The notes beneath the pieces are model-generated. The model worked only from the letters and a program-made list of their open reading frames with translations, was not told the DNA's origin and ran no database searches. A stretch of DNA of 64,000 nt from a virus: the IMG/VR virus record IMGVR_UViG_3300043788_000131, positions 1-64,000 of that record; one strand, given 5' to 3'. Positions 33,745-44,036 of this stretch are shown here, piece after piece. The stretch's first letter is position 1. Each line of letters begins with the position of its first letter. A program made the translations under genes and the position numbers.

Positions 33745-35166
33745 TCATGAGGTCCCCATTCCGCCGCCCATCAGGTACGAATCCTCCAAGTTTTGGGATT
33801 GCTGCTGCGGCGACTGCTGCGGCCGCGGCATCGACGGCATGCGCTGCAGGATCACCGGGGCGCCGGGCTCGCCGTGGTGAACGTCGGTGGTGCCATCGCT
33901 GCGAGTGAATTTGTAGTCGCCGTTCGCGTCGAATTTCCTGCCGGTGTCGTAGTACGCATTTTCCGGCACTTGCTGGTCGAATTGCTCCCGCGTCGTCACG
34001 TCTTTCAGGGGGAGCGGATTCTTCTCGTCCTCGCCTGCCCTAGCCAGCTTCGCGCCATCACTCGGGTCGATCTTGTATTGTTTGTATAGTCTTTTCCGGT
34101 AGTCGTTGACGCGCTTGTCCATTTCGTCGTCAGAGAGGGGCGGCCCGAGTGGACCACCGGGATCTTTTATCTTCGCCTCATTCCCCTTGCGGAGTTGGTC
34201 CCGCAACATCAGTGAGTGGCCTTCGATGAAGGCTGCCTGTTGCTCCGGGGTCTGCATGCCCTTCGCGCCGCCGCCGTTGGTCATGGCTTGCCGAGCTCTA
34301 GCGCGGAACAAATCCCCCTGGAATCTGGTCCTGTCGTCTTCATTGTCCGCATGGCGCGCGGCAATCCAATCCTTGAAGGCGTTTGAGCTCATCAGGAAGG
34401 CGTCCATCTTTGCCTGACGTGCCTGCGCCTGCTGCAGGTCAAGTTGATGGACGCCGCCTTCGAGTCCGCCACCGGCACCCGCCGCGAACGCCTGCGCGCC
34501 GGGGGTGCCAGGGCGCATCTGCCCGACTGCAGTCAGACCGCGGCCAAGCCCGGCCAAGCCGGCTGTGAGGGCGTTGCCCCATCGCTCACTTGGAGTTCGG
34601 GTAAGGCCGAGCGCTGCCGCGAGACTTCCGTTTGTTGATGTCGGCGGCCGACCGTCATATGTCGACGGAGGTGGCTGCATTATACGCTCGGCCTGTATCG
34701 GGCCAACGCTGGTCGGAATCGGGCCAGTGCCCGCCATTTGACCGCCGCCCATTCCAGGCACCGGCGGATTTGCCATCGGGGCGCCACCACCGTAGCCGGG
34801 CGACCATGGCTGAGGCGGCGGCGGAGCGTTCGGATTAACCGCAGCCGCGGCTTGTCCTGGCAACGCTGCCGGCGGCATGCTGACGCCAGCCATCGTCGGG
34901 CCGCCGGGCTGGCCGGGTGCTGGCGCCGGGACGCCAGGGGTCGATGCTCCAGGTGGAAGCGTGCCCGTCCATGTCGGTCCCGCTCTATCAGGAATTGTCT
35001 GACCGCTTGGCCCGACCTGCGGACCTGTCGGCGGCGCGCGCGGGTCGAGCACCTCGCCCATCATGCCGCCAGTCATCTGTGGAGGCGGTGCAGGCGGCGG
35101 CGCGCCGATGCCACTCAAAGGCCCGACGCCCATCAGCGAGGACATTATGTCGGGATTGTCGAACAT
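33745..35166 (-). CDS. internal virion / DNA ejection protein
   Basis: Pro/Gly-rich N-half, GLAGLGRGL segment; lies between pilot and giant protein. Confidence 0.7.
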   Translation of the reverse strand: MFDNPDIMSSLMGVGPLSGIGAPPPAPPPQMTGGMMGEVLDPRAPPTGPQVGPSGQTIPDRAGPTWTGTLPPGASTPGVPAPAPGQPGGPTMAGVSMPPAALPGQAAAAVNPNAPPPPQPWSPGYGGGAPMANPPVPGMGGGQMAGTGPIPTSVGPIQAERIMQPPPSTYDGRPPTSTNGSLAAALGLTRTPSERWGNALTAGLAGLGRGLTAVGQMRPGTPGAQAFAAGAGGGLEGGVHQLDLQQAQARQAKMDAFLMSSNAFKDWIAARHADNEDDRTRFQGDLFRARARQAMTNGGGAKGMQTPEQQAAFIEGHSLMLRDQLRKGNEAKIKDPGGPLGPPLSDDEMDKRVNDYRKRLYKQYKIDPSDGAKLARAGEDEKNPLPLKDVTTREQFDQQVPENAYYDTGRKFDANGDYKFTRSDGTTDVHHGEPGAPVILQRMPSMPRPQQSPQQQSQNLEDSYLMGGGMGTS

Positions 35167-35214
35167 ATCTAAGAAACCGATGACACGTACTCCTCTTTGT
35201 GCGAACTTTGTTGG

Positions 35215-35853
35215 ATGGAGATTCGTTCGCGGAAAGAGGCACTAGCGGCGGGTGCCAAGTTCTATTTCACAGGCAAGCCCTGCTCAAAAGGGCATGTCTG
35301 TGAGCGCTACGCAGACGGCGGTGACAAAGGCCGATGCCGTCAGTGCGCCAAAGAGCGCGTCAAACGCGCTTTGGGGAGATACCGCGCGAGGCATAAAGCG
35401 AAGATTGCCGCTGACAGCGCCGCGCACTACCAAGCAAATAAGGCCGAGAGAAATGCCGCCGCGGCAGCGTGGCGAAAGGCCAACCCCGAACGCACGCGCG
35501 CCTTTACGGCAAAATGGCAAGAAGTCAACCGCGAGGAATACCGCAAGATCGGCCGCGAATGGGGCCAAAACAACAAGGACAAGATGCGGGCACAGAGGGC
35601 ACGGCGCCGCGGCTCTGAAGGCTTCCACTCAGAGGCAGATGTGCTTGAAATCCTCAAGCTGCAGCGAGGGCGGTGCGCCATGCCGTCTTGCCGAAAGAAA
35701 CTTGGTAAGTATGAGGTGGATCACATCGTTCCGATCAATGGCGGCGGGTCGAATTGGCGCCAGAACATTCAACTGCTCTGCCCCAGGTGCAATGCCAGTA
35801 AGGGTGCGCGCGACCCGCTGGACCATTCGCGCATGCTCGGCTTTCTTCTTTAA
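35215..35853 (+). CDS. HNH homing endonuclease
   Basis: YFTGKPCSKGH; QRGRCA..C..YEVDHIVPINGGGSNWRQNIQLLCPRCNASK; inserted antisense in late operon. Confidence 0.92.
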   Translation: MEIRSRKEALAAGAKFYFTGKPCSKGHVCERYADGGDKGRCRQCAKERVKRALGRYRARHKAKIAADSAAHYQANKAERNAAAAAWRKANPERTRAFTAKWQEVNREEYRKIGREWGQNNKDKMRAQRARRRGSEGFHSEADVLEILKLQRGRCAMPSCRKKLGKYEVDHIVPINGGGSNWRQNIQLLCPRCNASKGARDPLDHSRMLGFLL

Positions 35854-36953
35854 GCGGCGAGGCCAAATTGCATGGCGGGGCCGGGGGTTTGCCGCACGCC
35901 ATGTTTGTTAGCGAGTGCTTTTTGGACCTTGTGGAACGGGATGACATTCGACGCGGTCTTTGGAACGATGAGCTCGGGACCCTTCTCGCCGACGAGGACC
36001 GGCTGATCCTCGTCCACATCGCCGCCCTCGGCGGCTCCCGTGACCGGGGCGGCAAATAACGGCCTCTGACCAGCAAAATAGCCGCCAGCCGCGCTGCCGC
36101 CTGCGCCTAGTAATGCGCCGAGCAGGCCGTAGCCCGCGTTGTTTGGCTGCGAGAGCGTCGTCGTCTGCGGCGCGCCGACCTGCCCGGTCGAGATCGCCGA
36201 GTTGACGAGGCCCGCCGTCTGGAACGGATACTGCTGGGCCATGAGCCACTGATTGTAGGCCGCATTAAGCTGTGCCTGGGACTGCGCGGTCTGCTGCGAA
36301 CCGAAGGTGTTTTCGAGGTTCGCCGCGCCGGTCGCCTGATTGAAGGCCGCGCCGGATGCGTTTAGGAGAGCGCCCTGGCCGACGCCCCAGGCATTGAGCT
36401 TGTTGGATACGTCCTGTGCGCCGGCGCCGATCGCGGTATTGAACGCCGCATTGTAGGCGTTGCCCACCAAGCCCTGGTTTTCGAGGGCGTAGTTGAGGCC
36501 GAGATTTGACTGGAGGAGAGCGGCCCGCGGGTCGCCAAAGGCTCCGGCCGACGTCGCCCCGCCTTGCTGCGCCTGCGACTGCAGCATGTAGGTGTTTGCT
36601 GCTTCTTGAAGCTGCGGCTGTAGCGCCATCGACACGTACTGATTCATGTACGGCGACATGTTGGACGAGATCGGCGAGTAGGGCGCACCGTTCGAAGCGT
36701 TGCCTAGTGCGGTGCTCAGCGCATCGGCGCCGGGCATGATGTTGCCGCCGGCGGCGTTCGCAACGTCGCCGCCCATGCCAAAGGAGGCTTGTTGCTGGTC
36801 GGAGAATGGAGCGACCTGCGACCCCGTGTACGGCGTGAAGCCAGTCTTCTGCAGATTTTGCGCATTGCTGATGTTCGACTGCGCAGCCGAAGTGAGCCAC
36901 GAGGGCGGGGTCGTGGTCTGGGTCGAGGTCTGCTGCGAATTGCCAAAACACAT
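35850..36953 (-). CDS. DNA ejection / pilot protein
   Basis: MCFG start, Q/A/G/N-rich, AGAFG motif, C-terminal glycine zipper. Confidence 0.75.
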   Translation of the reverse strand: MCFGNSQQTSTQTTTPPSWLTSAAQSNISNAQNLQKTGFTPYTGSQVAPFSDQQQASFGMGGDVANAAGGNIMPGADALSTALGNASNGAPYSPISSNMSPYMNQYVSMALQPQLQEAANTYMLQSQAQQGGATSAGAFGDPRAALLQSNLGLNYALENQGLVGNAYNAAFNTAIGAGAQDVSNKLNAWGVGQGALLNASGAAFNQATGAANLENTFGSQQTAQSQAQLNAAYNQWLMAQQYPFQTAGLVNSAISTGQVGAPQTTTLSQPNNAGYGLLGALLGAGGSAAGGYFAGQRPLFAAPVTGAAEGGDVDEDQPVLVGEKGPELIVPKTASNVIPFHKVQKALANKHGVRQTPGPAMQFGLAA

Positions 36954-36963
36954 GGGCGCACCT

Positions 36964-37419
36964 CTAGTGCAGCACGCGCGCCTCTTCGATCGGCTTGGGC
37001 CGAACGAGATTCGGATTGACCGACTTGCGCGCGGGATGACGATTGAGAATGAGAAGCCGCCCCTTGGCCTCGTCGATGATGTGGAGCTCTAGCCCCACCT
37101 CTTTCGCGAACCGCTCCCCCTCGTGAAGGAGCATCGCCCCGATCCCCCTGGCCGGGAGCGCGTGAAACCAGCGATTTGCGAGGAACTTCTTATTGCCCCA
37201 CCAGTAGTCGGCCTTGATGATACCTAGCGTGCCGACGAGGAGGGCGTCGTCCATCGCCACGATCGCGCATTCATGGTTGACGATCCGCCAGACCTCGGTT
37301 GAGCTTTTCTTCGGGTCGATAGCCCCCGGCAGCATCGGGCCGGCAACAATACAGAGGAAAGCGTGGATAGCGACTACGTCTTGGTCTGTTTCTGCGAAAC
37401 GCAACGTGATATTTGACAT
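36964..37419 (-). CDS. GNAT-fold virion assembly protein
   Basis: ITLRFAET..D, WFHALPARGIGAMLL; usual position before ejection proteins. Confidence 0.65.
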   Translation of the reverse strand: MSNITLRFAETDQDVVAIHAFLCIVAGPMLPGAIDPKKSSTEVWRIVNHECAIVAMDDALLVGTLGIIKADYWWGNKKFLANRWFHALPARGIGAMLLHEGERFAKEVGLELHIIDEAKGRLLILNRHPARKSVNPNLVRPKPIEEARVLH

Positions 37420-37447
37420 GCAAATTCCGAATCGCGAGGAGGCTGCA

Positions 37448-37771
37448 ATGTTCGGGAAAGGCGAGAGGGTGCTGTGTGTCGCAAAAGGCTGGATCAAGCC
37501 CACAGGAGAGGTTAACGAATGCGGTCCCCGCCACGGCGCTATCTGCGTCGTTGCCTGCATGGCCTCCTCGCCGTGCGGATGCGGGAGGGGTGCGGACGCG
37601 CTCTATATTGAAGGCTTTGCCGGACACTACTTTTGCTGTGACGGTTTCCGCCCGCTCAAGAAGACGCAGACCGACATTTCGGTCTTCACCGAGATCCTCA
37701 CCAAATGCCCGGCGCCCGGCAGGCCGGTGTACCCGGTGCGTATGCCTGCCGACTTCAAGTTGACCGATTGA
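37448..37771 (+). CDS. small hypothetical (moron)
   Basis: GAGGAGG RBS; MFGKGERVLCV...FRPL..TDISVFTEIL. Confidence 0.65.
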   Translation: MFGKGERVLCVAKGWIKPTGEVNECGPRHGAICVVACMASSPCGCGRGADALYIEGFAGHYFCCDGFRPLKKTQTDISVFTEILTKCPAPGRPVYPVRMPADFKLTD

Positions 37772-37985
37772 TCCCGCCCTTCTGAAGGGCTTGGAGCAGG
37801 TTCGCCAGCACAAGGTTCGTGTTGGCGAGCGTCGGCGAGGCGACCTGGAGCGCCGTCGTCAGCACGGGCGTCGCGTCCATCGTGAACGCTTGGCCGATGT
37901 CGGTAACGTCGCCGTCCTGGCTCGCGCGGGCGAGTTCTTGCAATGCGGCCCGCGGGTTGTTTGGATTTATGGTGACGCGACGCAT
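37755..37985 (-). CDS. small virion protein
   Basis: ORF track, late-strand orientation. Confidence 0.6.
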   Translation of the reverse strand: MRRVTINPNNPRAALQELARASQDGDVTDIGQAFTMDATPVLTTALQVASPTLANTNLVLANLLQALQKGGINRST

Positions 37986-38094
37986 TTGGACTTATCCACG
38001 GTAAGGTTTGGTTAGGGTTTTAGGGGTTGACTGCCCCCCTCGCCGTCGACAGACTGCGGCGGTATTCCGAGCATCGGAACACGGGGGAATTCAA

Positions 38095-38691
38095 ATGAGG
38101 ATGAGGCTCTTGCGAGCAGCAATGCTCGCTGCTGGGACGCTTGCGCTTGCTCTATCAACAACCACTGCCGACGCGGCCCGCTATCATCACCGCGCATCAC
38201 GGCACATCACCGCGCATCACTTCGGCAAATACCTTGCCTCGCGGCATTTACACTATCAGCACCGGCATTTCCGGCGGGTCATGATAGTGACGCACAGACA
38301 GCACCGCAGGGCTGAAACGGGCGCGAGGCCGAGTTGCTTCTATGTCGCCGCCTCGATGGGCGGGCCGTGTGGCTGCTGGGCCGCCTGGAATCTTCTCGGG
38401 CGCGTCGAGCATGTTTGGCGCGGCGTCAACCTGTGGCTCGCGCAGGACTGGCTTAAATTCCCGCGCACCGAGCCGGCGCCGGGAACGGCCGCGGTGTGGC
38501 CGCATCGGCATGTCGCGCCGGTCGTTGCCGTCCACAATGACAAGACGGGGCGGGCGGTGACAGTCACGGTGCGCGATAGTTGGGCCACACACGAGGTGCG
38601 CACCGCGGGACTGATCTTCGTCCAACCGCCAACCGTTGGCGTTCCGCTCCACCGACCGCTTATCAGGTGGATGTCGGACGCGCCACTTTGA
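38095..38691 (+). CDS. secreted CHAP/NlpC-like cysteine hydrolase candidate
   Basis: signal peptide; His/Arg-rich linker; PCGCWA..LWLAQDWLKFPR..PAPGTAAVWPHRHVA. Confidence 0.65.
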   Translation: MRMRLLRAAMLAAGTLALALSTTTADAARYHHRASRHITAHHFGKYLASRHLHYQHRHFRRVMIVTHRQHRRAETGARPSCFYVAASMGGPCGCWAAWNLLGRVEHVWRGVNLWLAQDWLKFPRTEPAPGTAAVWPHRHVAPVVAVHNDKTGRAVTVTVRDSWATHEVRTAGLIFVQPPTVGVPLHRPLIRWMSDAPL

Positions 38692-38701
38692 GGAGGCCCA
38701 C

Positions 38702-39223
38702 ATGCCGTTGCTGGACAATCCCGCCGCACTGCAGCTTATAAGTTATGGGGTCGGCTTTGTCGGTCTCATGCTGCTGGGTTTCGCCGGCTGGAGTTACTCC
38801 TTCCGTCGAAAGAAGAAGGTGTTCGAGCCCAAGGTCGTTAGCGACTGGAAGCGGACCGAGCACATCGACTTCTCGGCGAGGGATGATGTCATGCTGTCGG
38901 AGCAGGAGGATGTTGAGGCTCAATTCGTCCTGCTCGTGCAGGAGAGGCGCCTCGTCGCCAATATCTCGGGCACACCGACGCCCGACATCCGGTGGCGATA
39001 CGCTACCAAGGCCGAGGCGAAAGAGATCGCGCACATGGTCGCGATGCACCGGCAGATCCAAGATGTCCGCGCCGATCAGTCGACCGAGATTAACTACGTC
39101 GTTGGCGGAAGCGGCGCACTCTCGCCGCCGCATGTAATAGCCATCGACAAGTTTGCAGGCGCCGGAGGCGGCGATAGCGGCGCCCTCGACCGTAGTGGTG
39201 CGGGTGAAGATGCCCCGCTTTAG
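38702..39223 (+). CDS. single-pass membrane protein (moron)
   Basis: GAGGAGG RBS; TM ISYGVGFVGLMLLGFAGW followed by RRKKK. Confidence 0.7.
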   Translation: MPLLDNPAALQLISYGVGFVGLMLLGFAGWSYSFRRKKKVFEPKVVSDWKRTEHIDFSARDDVMLSEQEDVEAQFVLLVQERRLVANISGTPTPDIRWRYATKAEAKEIAHMVAMHRQIQDVRADQSTEINYVVGGSGALSPPHVIAIDKFAGAGGGDSGALDRSGAGEDAPL

Positions 39224-41313
39224 CGCCGCTTTGCGGTCGGCCGAATGAAGGCAACCGGCTTTCCGAGCCGCATGTAGTTGCCTGCTTCGGCGCACGACAT
39301 TTGAAGCTGCGAGTAGCGGCCTGAAATGCGGAAGTCGGTAAGCCCGGCTTGCGCTTCTTCCACGATCTCAACCTCGGTGTCCTCGGCCACAAGGTCGGTG
39401 AGGCGGTCAAAGGTGGTGACCGTGGCCGTGATGTCGCCCGATTGCTGAAAGAAGTCGAACAGAATGCCCTCGATGTCGTGGGCGACCACTCCCTCTTGCA
39501 GCGTGTAGGGCGACAGCGTGAGCGTCCAAGTCAGCGGACTACCGTTGTCGTCGAAGGTGTCGTTGATGAAGTCATGATTGTAGAGGTACCCGTCACTCCC
39601 TGCCATGATCGGCGAGGTGTCGCCGGATGTGAAATGCGAGCCTGACGCGCGGCCAGCGACCACGCCGACGCTTGAATAAAAGTTCGCGGTGCCCGTCACC
39701 CAGCATTGATCGTCAATCGAATAGACAACGTATCTGGTCGGGTTCGAATCTCCGTTCGTGGGATAAAACCACCAAATCTCGTGGTACTTCGGCACGTAGA
39801 TGGCATTGCACTGAAAGGCGAGTGTGTCCGGCACCGCATCAAACACGTACTTGCGGATGTCTTCCACGTTCATCATCGGCTGGACGGAGCCGTTGTAGGT
39901 ATAGAAATTGTCCGGGCCCATCCAATAGGCGAGGCCATCGACGGTGACCGCCGCGTCGGGACCAATCAGGCCGCAGTCGCGGCCCGCGAGCGATGAGTTG
40001 TAAAGAAACTGCGAGCCGGTGTACTGGAACAGATAGGCCGCGTTATCCGACCACACCATCGAAATGAAGGGCTGCAGCGCGCGGCCAGCGACCAACTTTG
40101 AACCGACCTGGAGCGTGCGGGCGAAGGCGGTGTTGGTGGTTGCCGGCGTCCAGGTCGTGGGGTCGCCCTGCGAGCAGACGTTGACCACCATGGCGTCGGA
40201 GAGCGCGAAGATAAAGCGCTCCGGGGTGACGAAGACAAAGCGGATGTTCGTCGGGGCGCCCGTAACCGGATTGCCGCCAAAGGTCGCGACCGCGCGCGGC
40301 CACGGTTGGGCCTGCGTTGGGTCAAAGAACCAGAGCGAGCCGCCATTATAGCTCGCGACGAGGATTTGGCCGAAGTTGTCGAGCGACCACACTCGCGGCT
40401 CGAAGAAGATCGTGCTCGAAGCGCGTGGGGTGCCCCAGGTGCCCTGGCCGTAGGGCCCGGTGCCCCAGCCCTGGCCGTAGGCGCCGAGCTCGGTGCCGAC
40501 CGAAATCTCGTATTGGAAGGTGACCGAGTTGCCGCCACCGGCGCCGGTCGCGTTCGCGGTTGTCGTGGCACTGATGGTGTAATGGTTGACGTCGACCAAG
40601 GTGACAACGATGAAAGTCCCGTTCATCGTCACGTTGTTGAAGGTGGACGCCCCCGCGAAGATCGCGGTGTCGCCCACGCCTCTGCCATGGTTGACGTGGG
40701 TGACCGTGACAACGGCGGAACCGTTTGAGGTCACGAACGGGCCGATGGTCGCGACCGGCGTCGAGAAGCCCGAGCCGGTGCCGCCGATATTCGCGGCCGC
40801 GGCAGAGAGCACGTCGGCGACCGTGTAGAGATCGCCCGCCGCAGTGATGGTGACGGTCGTCACTGCGCCGCCGCCGCCGACTACGATGGTGGCCTTGGCG
40901 CCGGAGCCGGTGCCGCCGGTCAGCGGCACGTTGGTATAGGTGCCTGGGGTGTAGAGCGTGCCGCCGGTGATCGCGCCGTGGGTGAGAACGCCGCCGCGCG
41001 TCAGTGACCCGGTCGAGGAAAACGGCGTGATGTCGTTGAGCGTGAAGCTCGAATCGAAGGCGTAGAGTTTGCGGTAGGTCCCGCAGGCCGTGTAGCCGTT
41101 CTGTAGGAAGTCTTGCCAGCACAGTGTCGCGCGCGGGGTGCCCGACATGGCGGTCGAGGTGACGCGCCGGTTGCCGCCGATCTTCTGCGGGCGAGCGTGG
41201 TGAAATCTGATCTTGTCGATCGGCAGGACCCAGCGGCCCTCGGCCGTGCGCAGCGACTCGGTGACCACGGCCCCCGGCGGTGGATTGATGGGGACCGGGA
41301 CGAGATTGGACAT
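39220..41313 (-). CDS. tail hub / DNA stabilization protein (P22 gp10 / T7 gp12-like)
   Basis: WSLDNFGQILVA, CGLIGP, YWMG..FYTYNGSV, EIWWFYP. Confidence 0.8.
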   Translation of the reverse strand: MSNLVPVPINPPPGAVVTESLRTAEGRWVLPIDKIRFHHARPQKIGGNRRVTSTAMSGTPRATLCWQDFLQNGYTACGTYRKLYAFDSSFTLNDITPFSSTGSLTRGGVLTHGAITGGTLYTPGTYTNVPLTGGTGSGAKATIVVGGGGAVTTVTITAAGDLYTVADVLSAAAANIGGTGSGFSTPVATIGPFVTSNGSAVVTVTHVNHGRGVGDTAIFAGASTFNNVTMNGTFIVVTLVDVNHYTISATTTANATGAGGGNSVTFQYEISVGTELGAYGQGWGTGPYGQGTWGTPRASSTIFFEPRVWSLDNFGQILVASYNGGSLWFFDPTQAQPWPRAVATFGGNPVTGAPTNIRFVFVTPERFIFALSDAMVVNVCSQGDPTTWTPATTNTAFARTLQVGSKLVAGRALQPFISMVWSDNAAYLFQYTGSQFLYNSSLAGRDCGLIGPDAAVTVDGLAYWMGPDNFYTYNGSVQPMMNVEDIRKYVFDAVPDTLAFQCNAIYVPKYHEIWWFYPTNGDSNPTRYVVYSIDDQCWVTGTANFYSSVGVVAGRASGSHFTSGDTSPIMAGSDGYLYNHDFINDTFDDNGSPLTWTLTLSPYTLQEGVVAHDIEGILFDFFQQSGDITATVTTFDRLTDLVAEDTEVEIVEEAQAGLTDFRISGRYSQLQMSCAEAGNYMRLGKPVAFIRPTAKRR

Positions 41314-41314
41314 T

Positions 41315-42304
41315 TTACCGCCGCCGCCGGGCCTGGATCTGCCCATAAGCCCCGGTGATGGTGTCGTCACACTGAGCTACGAGGAAATAGGTGGTCGGAG
41401 AAGTGACGCTGACCCGGAGACAAATTCCGTTTATAGACGGATCAAGTCCGCTGGCGTAGTGCTGGACTCCAACGATGATTGTACCCCGCGCCATCGGCAG
41501 CACCGTTGGAATGGTGGCGCTGACAGTGCTCAATGCGGCATAACAGCTAGCGGCGCTGTCGTTGAACGCGCTTTTGAAATAACAATCCGCCCAAACGTCC
41601 CAATCCCCGGCCGGAATTGACAGCGAAGTGACGTTTGCAGGCGTGGCGAACGTCAGCGGCACAGCCGAAGCGGTCTGTACCACCGCATTCAGATATTGCC
41701 CGGCAGAGCCAGCGGCTGCGCTGCTTCCATCAGTGACGCCGGTTGCCCTCCAGGTATCGACGCCCAGAGTGGAGAAGCGCCAATCGCCAGCGGCGGCTCT
41801 ATACAGGCCTGACGTGGGCTCATTGATGTTTGAGTATGCTGGTGCCGCCCCCGAACCGTCCGGCATCTGCACTTGCTGCGAATTGAACGGCAGGACGATG
41901 ATGTCGTTGCTGCCGTCGCAGATGACGAGTTGCCAGCCGGAGTTTTGCGGGATCGCGGTGGAAAGAGAGCCGGACGGCGTCTTGATCTTGAGGAGGGGGG
42001 CGCCCGAGGTCTGGTTATTGACCCACCAGAATTTCGTCAGGTTGGGCACCTGGAGGGTCTGATCGGAGCCGAGTGCGCCGGTAAACACCAGCGCCGCGTA
42101 GCGGGCCTGGGAGGCGCCTGCCGGCGGCGGTGTGCCAGAGAGATCGAGCGTGCCGCCTGAAATCGCGGAAATCAGGAAGTTGGCGAGAGCGTCTTCGAAA
42201 ATCTGAAAGACGTTTGCATTAGCGATGCTTCCCCAGGTGTTGTTATCGTTCCCGGTCCCCATGATGGTGAAACCGAGGGTATTTGAGAAGGTGTCAGCGG
42301 TCAT
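41315..42304 (-). CDS. tail needle/fibre-like protein
   Basis: GNDNNTWGSIAN N-terminus; DGSGAAPAYS..EPTSGLY repeat. Confidence 0.7.
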   Translation of the reverse strand: MTADTFSNTLGFTIMGTGNDNNTWGSIANANVFQIFEDALANFLISAISGGTLDLSGTPPPAGASQARYAALVFTGALGSDQTLQVPNLTKFWWVNNQTSGAPLLKIKTPSGSLSTAIPQNSGWQLVICDGSNDIIVLPFNSQQVQMPDGSGAAPAYSNINEPTSGLYRAAAGDWRFSTLGVDTWRATGVTDGSSAAAGSAGQYLNAVVQTASAVPLTFATPANVTSLSIPAGDWDVWADCYFKSAFNDSAASCYAALSTVSATIPTVLPMARGTIIVGVQHYASGLDPSINGICLRVSVTSPTTYFLVAQCDDTITGAYGQIQARRRR

Positions 42305-42312
42305 GGGCTAAC

Positions 42313-43218
42313 TCACGGGATGTAGGGGTCGAGCTCCATGCCGCGCTCGTGCATGTCGTTCTCCATCGAGATTGCTTCGATGGCTTGGACAAGCCGCGTC
42401 ACGTATTTCTGGTATTCGGTATCGTCCTTCATGAACTCGGCCGCTGCCGCAAGGCAGGCGACCCGCATGAGCTTCGGATACCGATTGGTCAGGAAGTTCG
42501 TTTCGTTGGTGGTTTTCACCAGCAGCGGGAGGCTCTGGTAATAGTGGAGCCTGCAGAGCGTCGTCTGAAATGCCGGCTGGTCGAACTGAATGCGCTCGTC
42601 CCAGATGGCCCAGAAGAGCGGTGTACCAGGAACGATGGCGTCGCAAATATAGGTGACGGAAGCCCCGCCTCCCGCACCAGACCCGCTTGGTGTCGTGCCC
42701 AGGATCGAAATGTCGATCGTGAAATTGTTGGCGTCGGTGATCCCGTTTATCGGGAATGTGCCGGTGATTGTTGCCCCGTTGAAGGCCGCGGCACCAGTTG
42801 TGTAAAACACCGACGCCTGGGTGAAACCGTGGCCGGGGAGGTTGACCGACACTGTGTTCGAGGAGGCCGTGGTGGTGAACGGGTTTGTCCCCAGCGTCCC
42901 CGAAGTTTCTGTGTAATTCCGGTTGTTTTTGACGTAGGCGGCGTCTCTATGCTTTACCCGCGTATTGAAGGTCGCCATCTGCAGGTCGCCGATCGGATCG
43001 AGAAACCCGGTCGGCAGCGGCAGATAGGCTTGGTTGACCGCGAGCGTGAAGTCGTAGCTCGTCTTCATTTCACGCGTGCGCAGGCGGCCTTCGCCGTACA
43101 AAAGCGCCTGGGCCTCGTCGATCACCGTGGCGGTGTCAAGTTTTGTGTAATTGATCCAGGTAGCGATCGCGCCCGGCGTGCCCTTGGGCGCCGAAAGGCT
43201 GGTATAGGACATCGCCAT
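42313..43218 (-). CDS. head-tail adaptor / tail tubular protein A-like
   Basis: IDEAQA..RLRTREM, LPTGFL, TNFLTNRYPKLM..ACL. Confidence 0.8.
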   Translation of the reverse strand: MAMSYTSLSAPKGTPGAIATWINYTKLDTATVIDEAQALLYGEGRLRTREMKTSYDFTLAVNQAYLPLPTGFLDPIGDLQMATFNTRVKHRDAAYVKNNRNYTETSGTLGTNPFTTTASSNTVSVNLPGHGFTQASVFYTTGAAAFNGATITGTFPINGITDANNFTIDISILGTTPSGSGAGGGASVTYICDAIVPGTPLFWAIWDERIQFDQPAFQTTLCRLHYYQSLPLLVKTTNETNFLTNRYPKLMRVACLAAAAEFMKDDTEYQKYVTRLVQAIEAISMENDMHERGMELDPYIP

Positions 43219-43228
43219 GAGACTGCCC

Positions 43229-43966
43229 CTACTTCGTCAGCCACTTGCCCTGGACGGTGCAGAAGAACAGCGTGATGGTGCCGTTGGTGACCGTGGTCAC
43301 ACCGCTGCCATTCACTGTGTCGCCGCCGCCGACACCACCAAGCGCCGCGGTTGCGGCAAAGACTTGCATCGTGTGAGCGCCGTTGTTGATGACGCTGATC
43401 TGCATTCCGGGCTGTGCAGGCGGCAAGGTGCCTCCATCGTTGTTGTTGGTGACCGTGTCGAACTCGGCCATCGACGAGGTGATCGGCGTGCCGCCGGCCG
43501 CGGTCTGCGTCGTGCCGGCAGTGAGGTTCGTCTGATAGGCGACTGTGGGATAGGCGCCGTTATTGCCGACGCCGACGTCCTGAGCGGTCCAGGTAGTGAG
43601 ACCGGCCTTGATCGCGGCGGCATAGAAATTGACGCAACCGCCGGGCATAACCGGGATGCCGGTCGAGCCGGAGATACCGTTGAGGGTGTCACCACTTTGA
43701 GCGGCGTACACCTGCATGGTGTTGGCACCGGCGTTGATGACCGTGACCGCGAGGCCAGGGGCGCCGAACGGCAGCGTCCCCGCGTCGCCCGCGTTGGCGA
43801 CCGTGGTAAAGCGGCAGACATTGCGGTCGATCGGCGTACCGCCAGCGATGCTGTGCGTCGTGGACGCCGTCATGCTGTCGCGGCCGCCGAACACTGGATT
43901 GTTGCCGGCATATCCGATCCCGGCCTCGAACTGCTGCGGGCCGGACTCAGTTACAAAATCTACCAT
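43229..43966 (-). CDS. virion structural protein with internal duplication
   Basis: two copies of TA...AGGTPI...F.TV....D.GTLP...PG....VIN.GA.TMQV.A. Confidence 0.7.
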   Translation of the reverse strand: MVDFVTESGPQQFEAGIGYAGNNPVFGGRDSMTASTTHSIAGGTPIDRNVCRFTTVANAGDAGTLPFGAPGLAVTVINAGANTMQVYAAQSGDTLNGISGSTGIPVMPGGCVNFYAAAIKAGLTTWTAQDVGVGNNGAYPTVAYQTNLTAGTTQTAAGGTPITSSMAEFDTVTNNNDGGTLPPAQPGMQISVINNGAHTMQVFAATAALGGVGGGDTVNGSGVTTVTNGTITLFFCTVQGKWLTK

Positions 43967-44036
43967 GGGAGAACCTCAACAGATGGCGAGGGGCGACGCG
44001 CACTCGCGCGTCACCAAAAAGCGTTGCGGAATAGGA

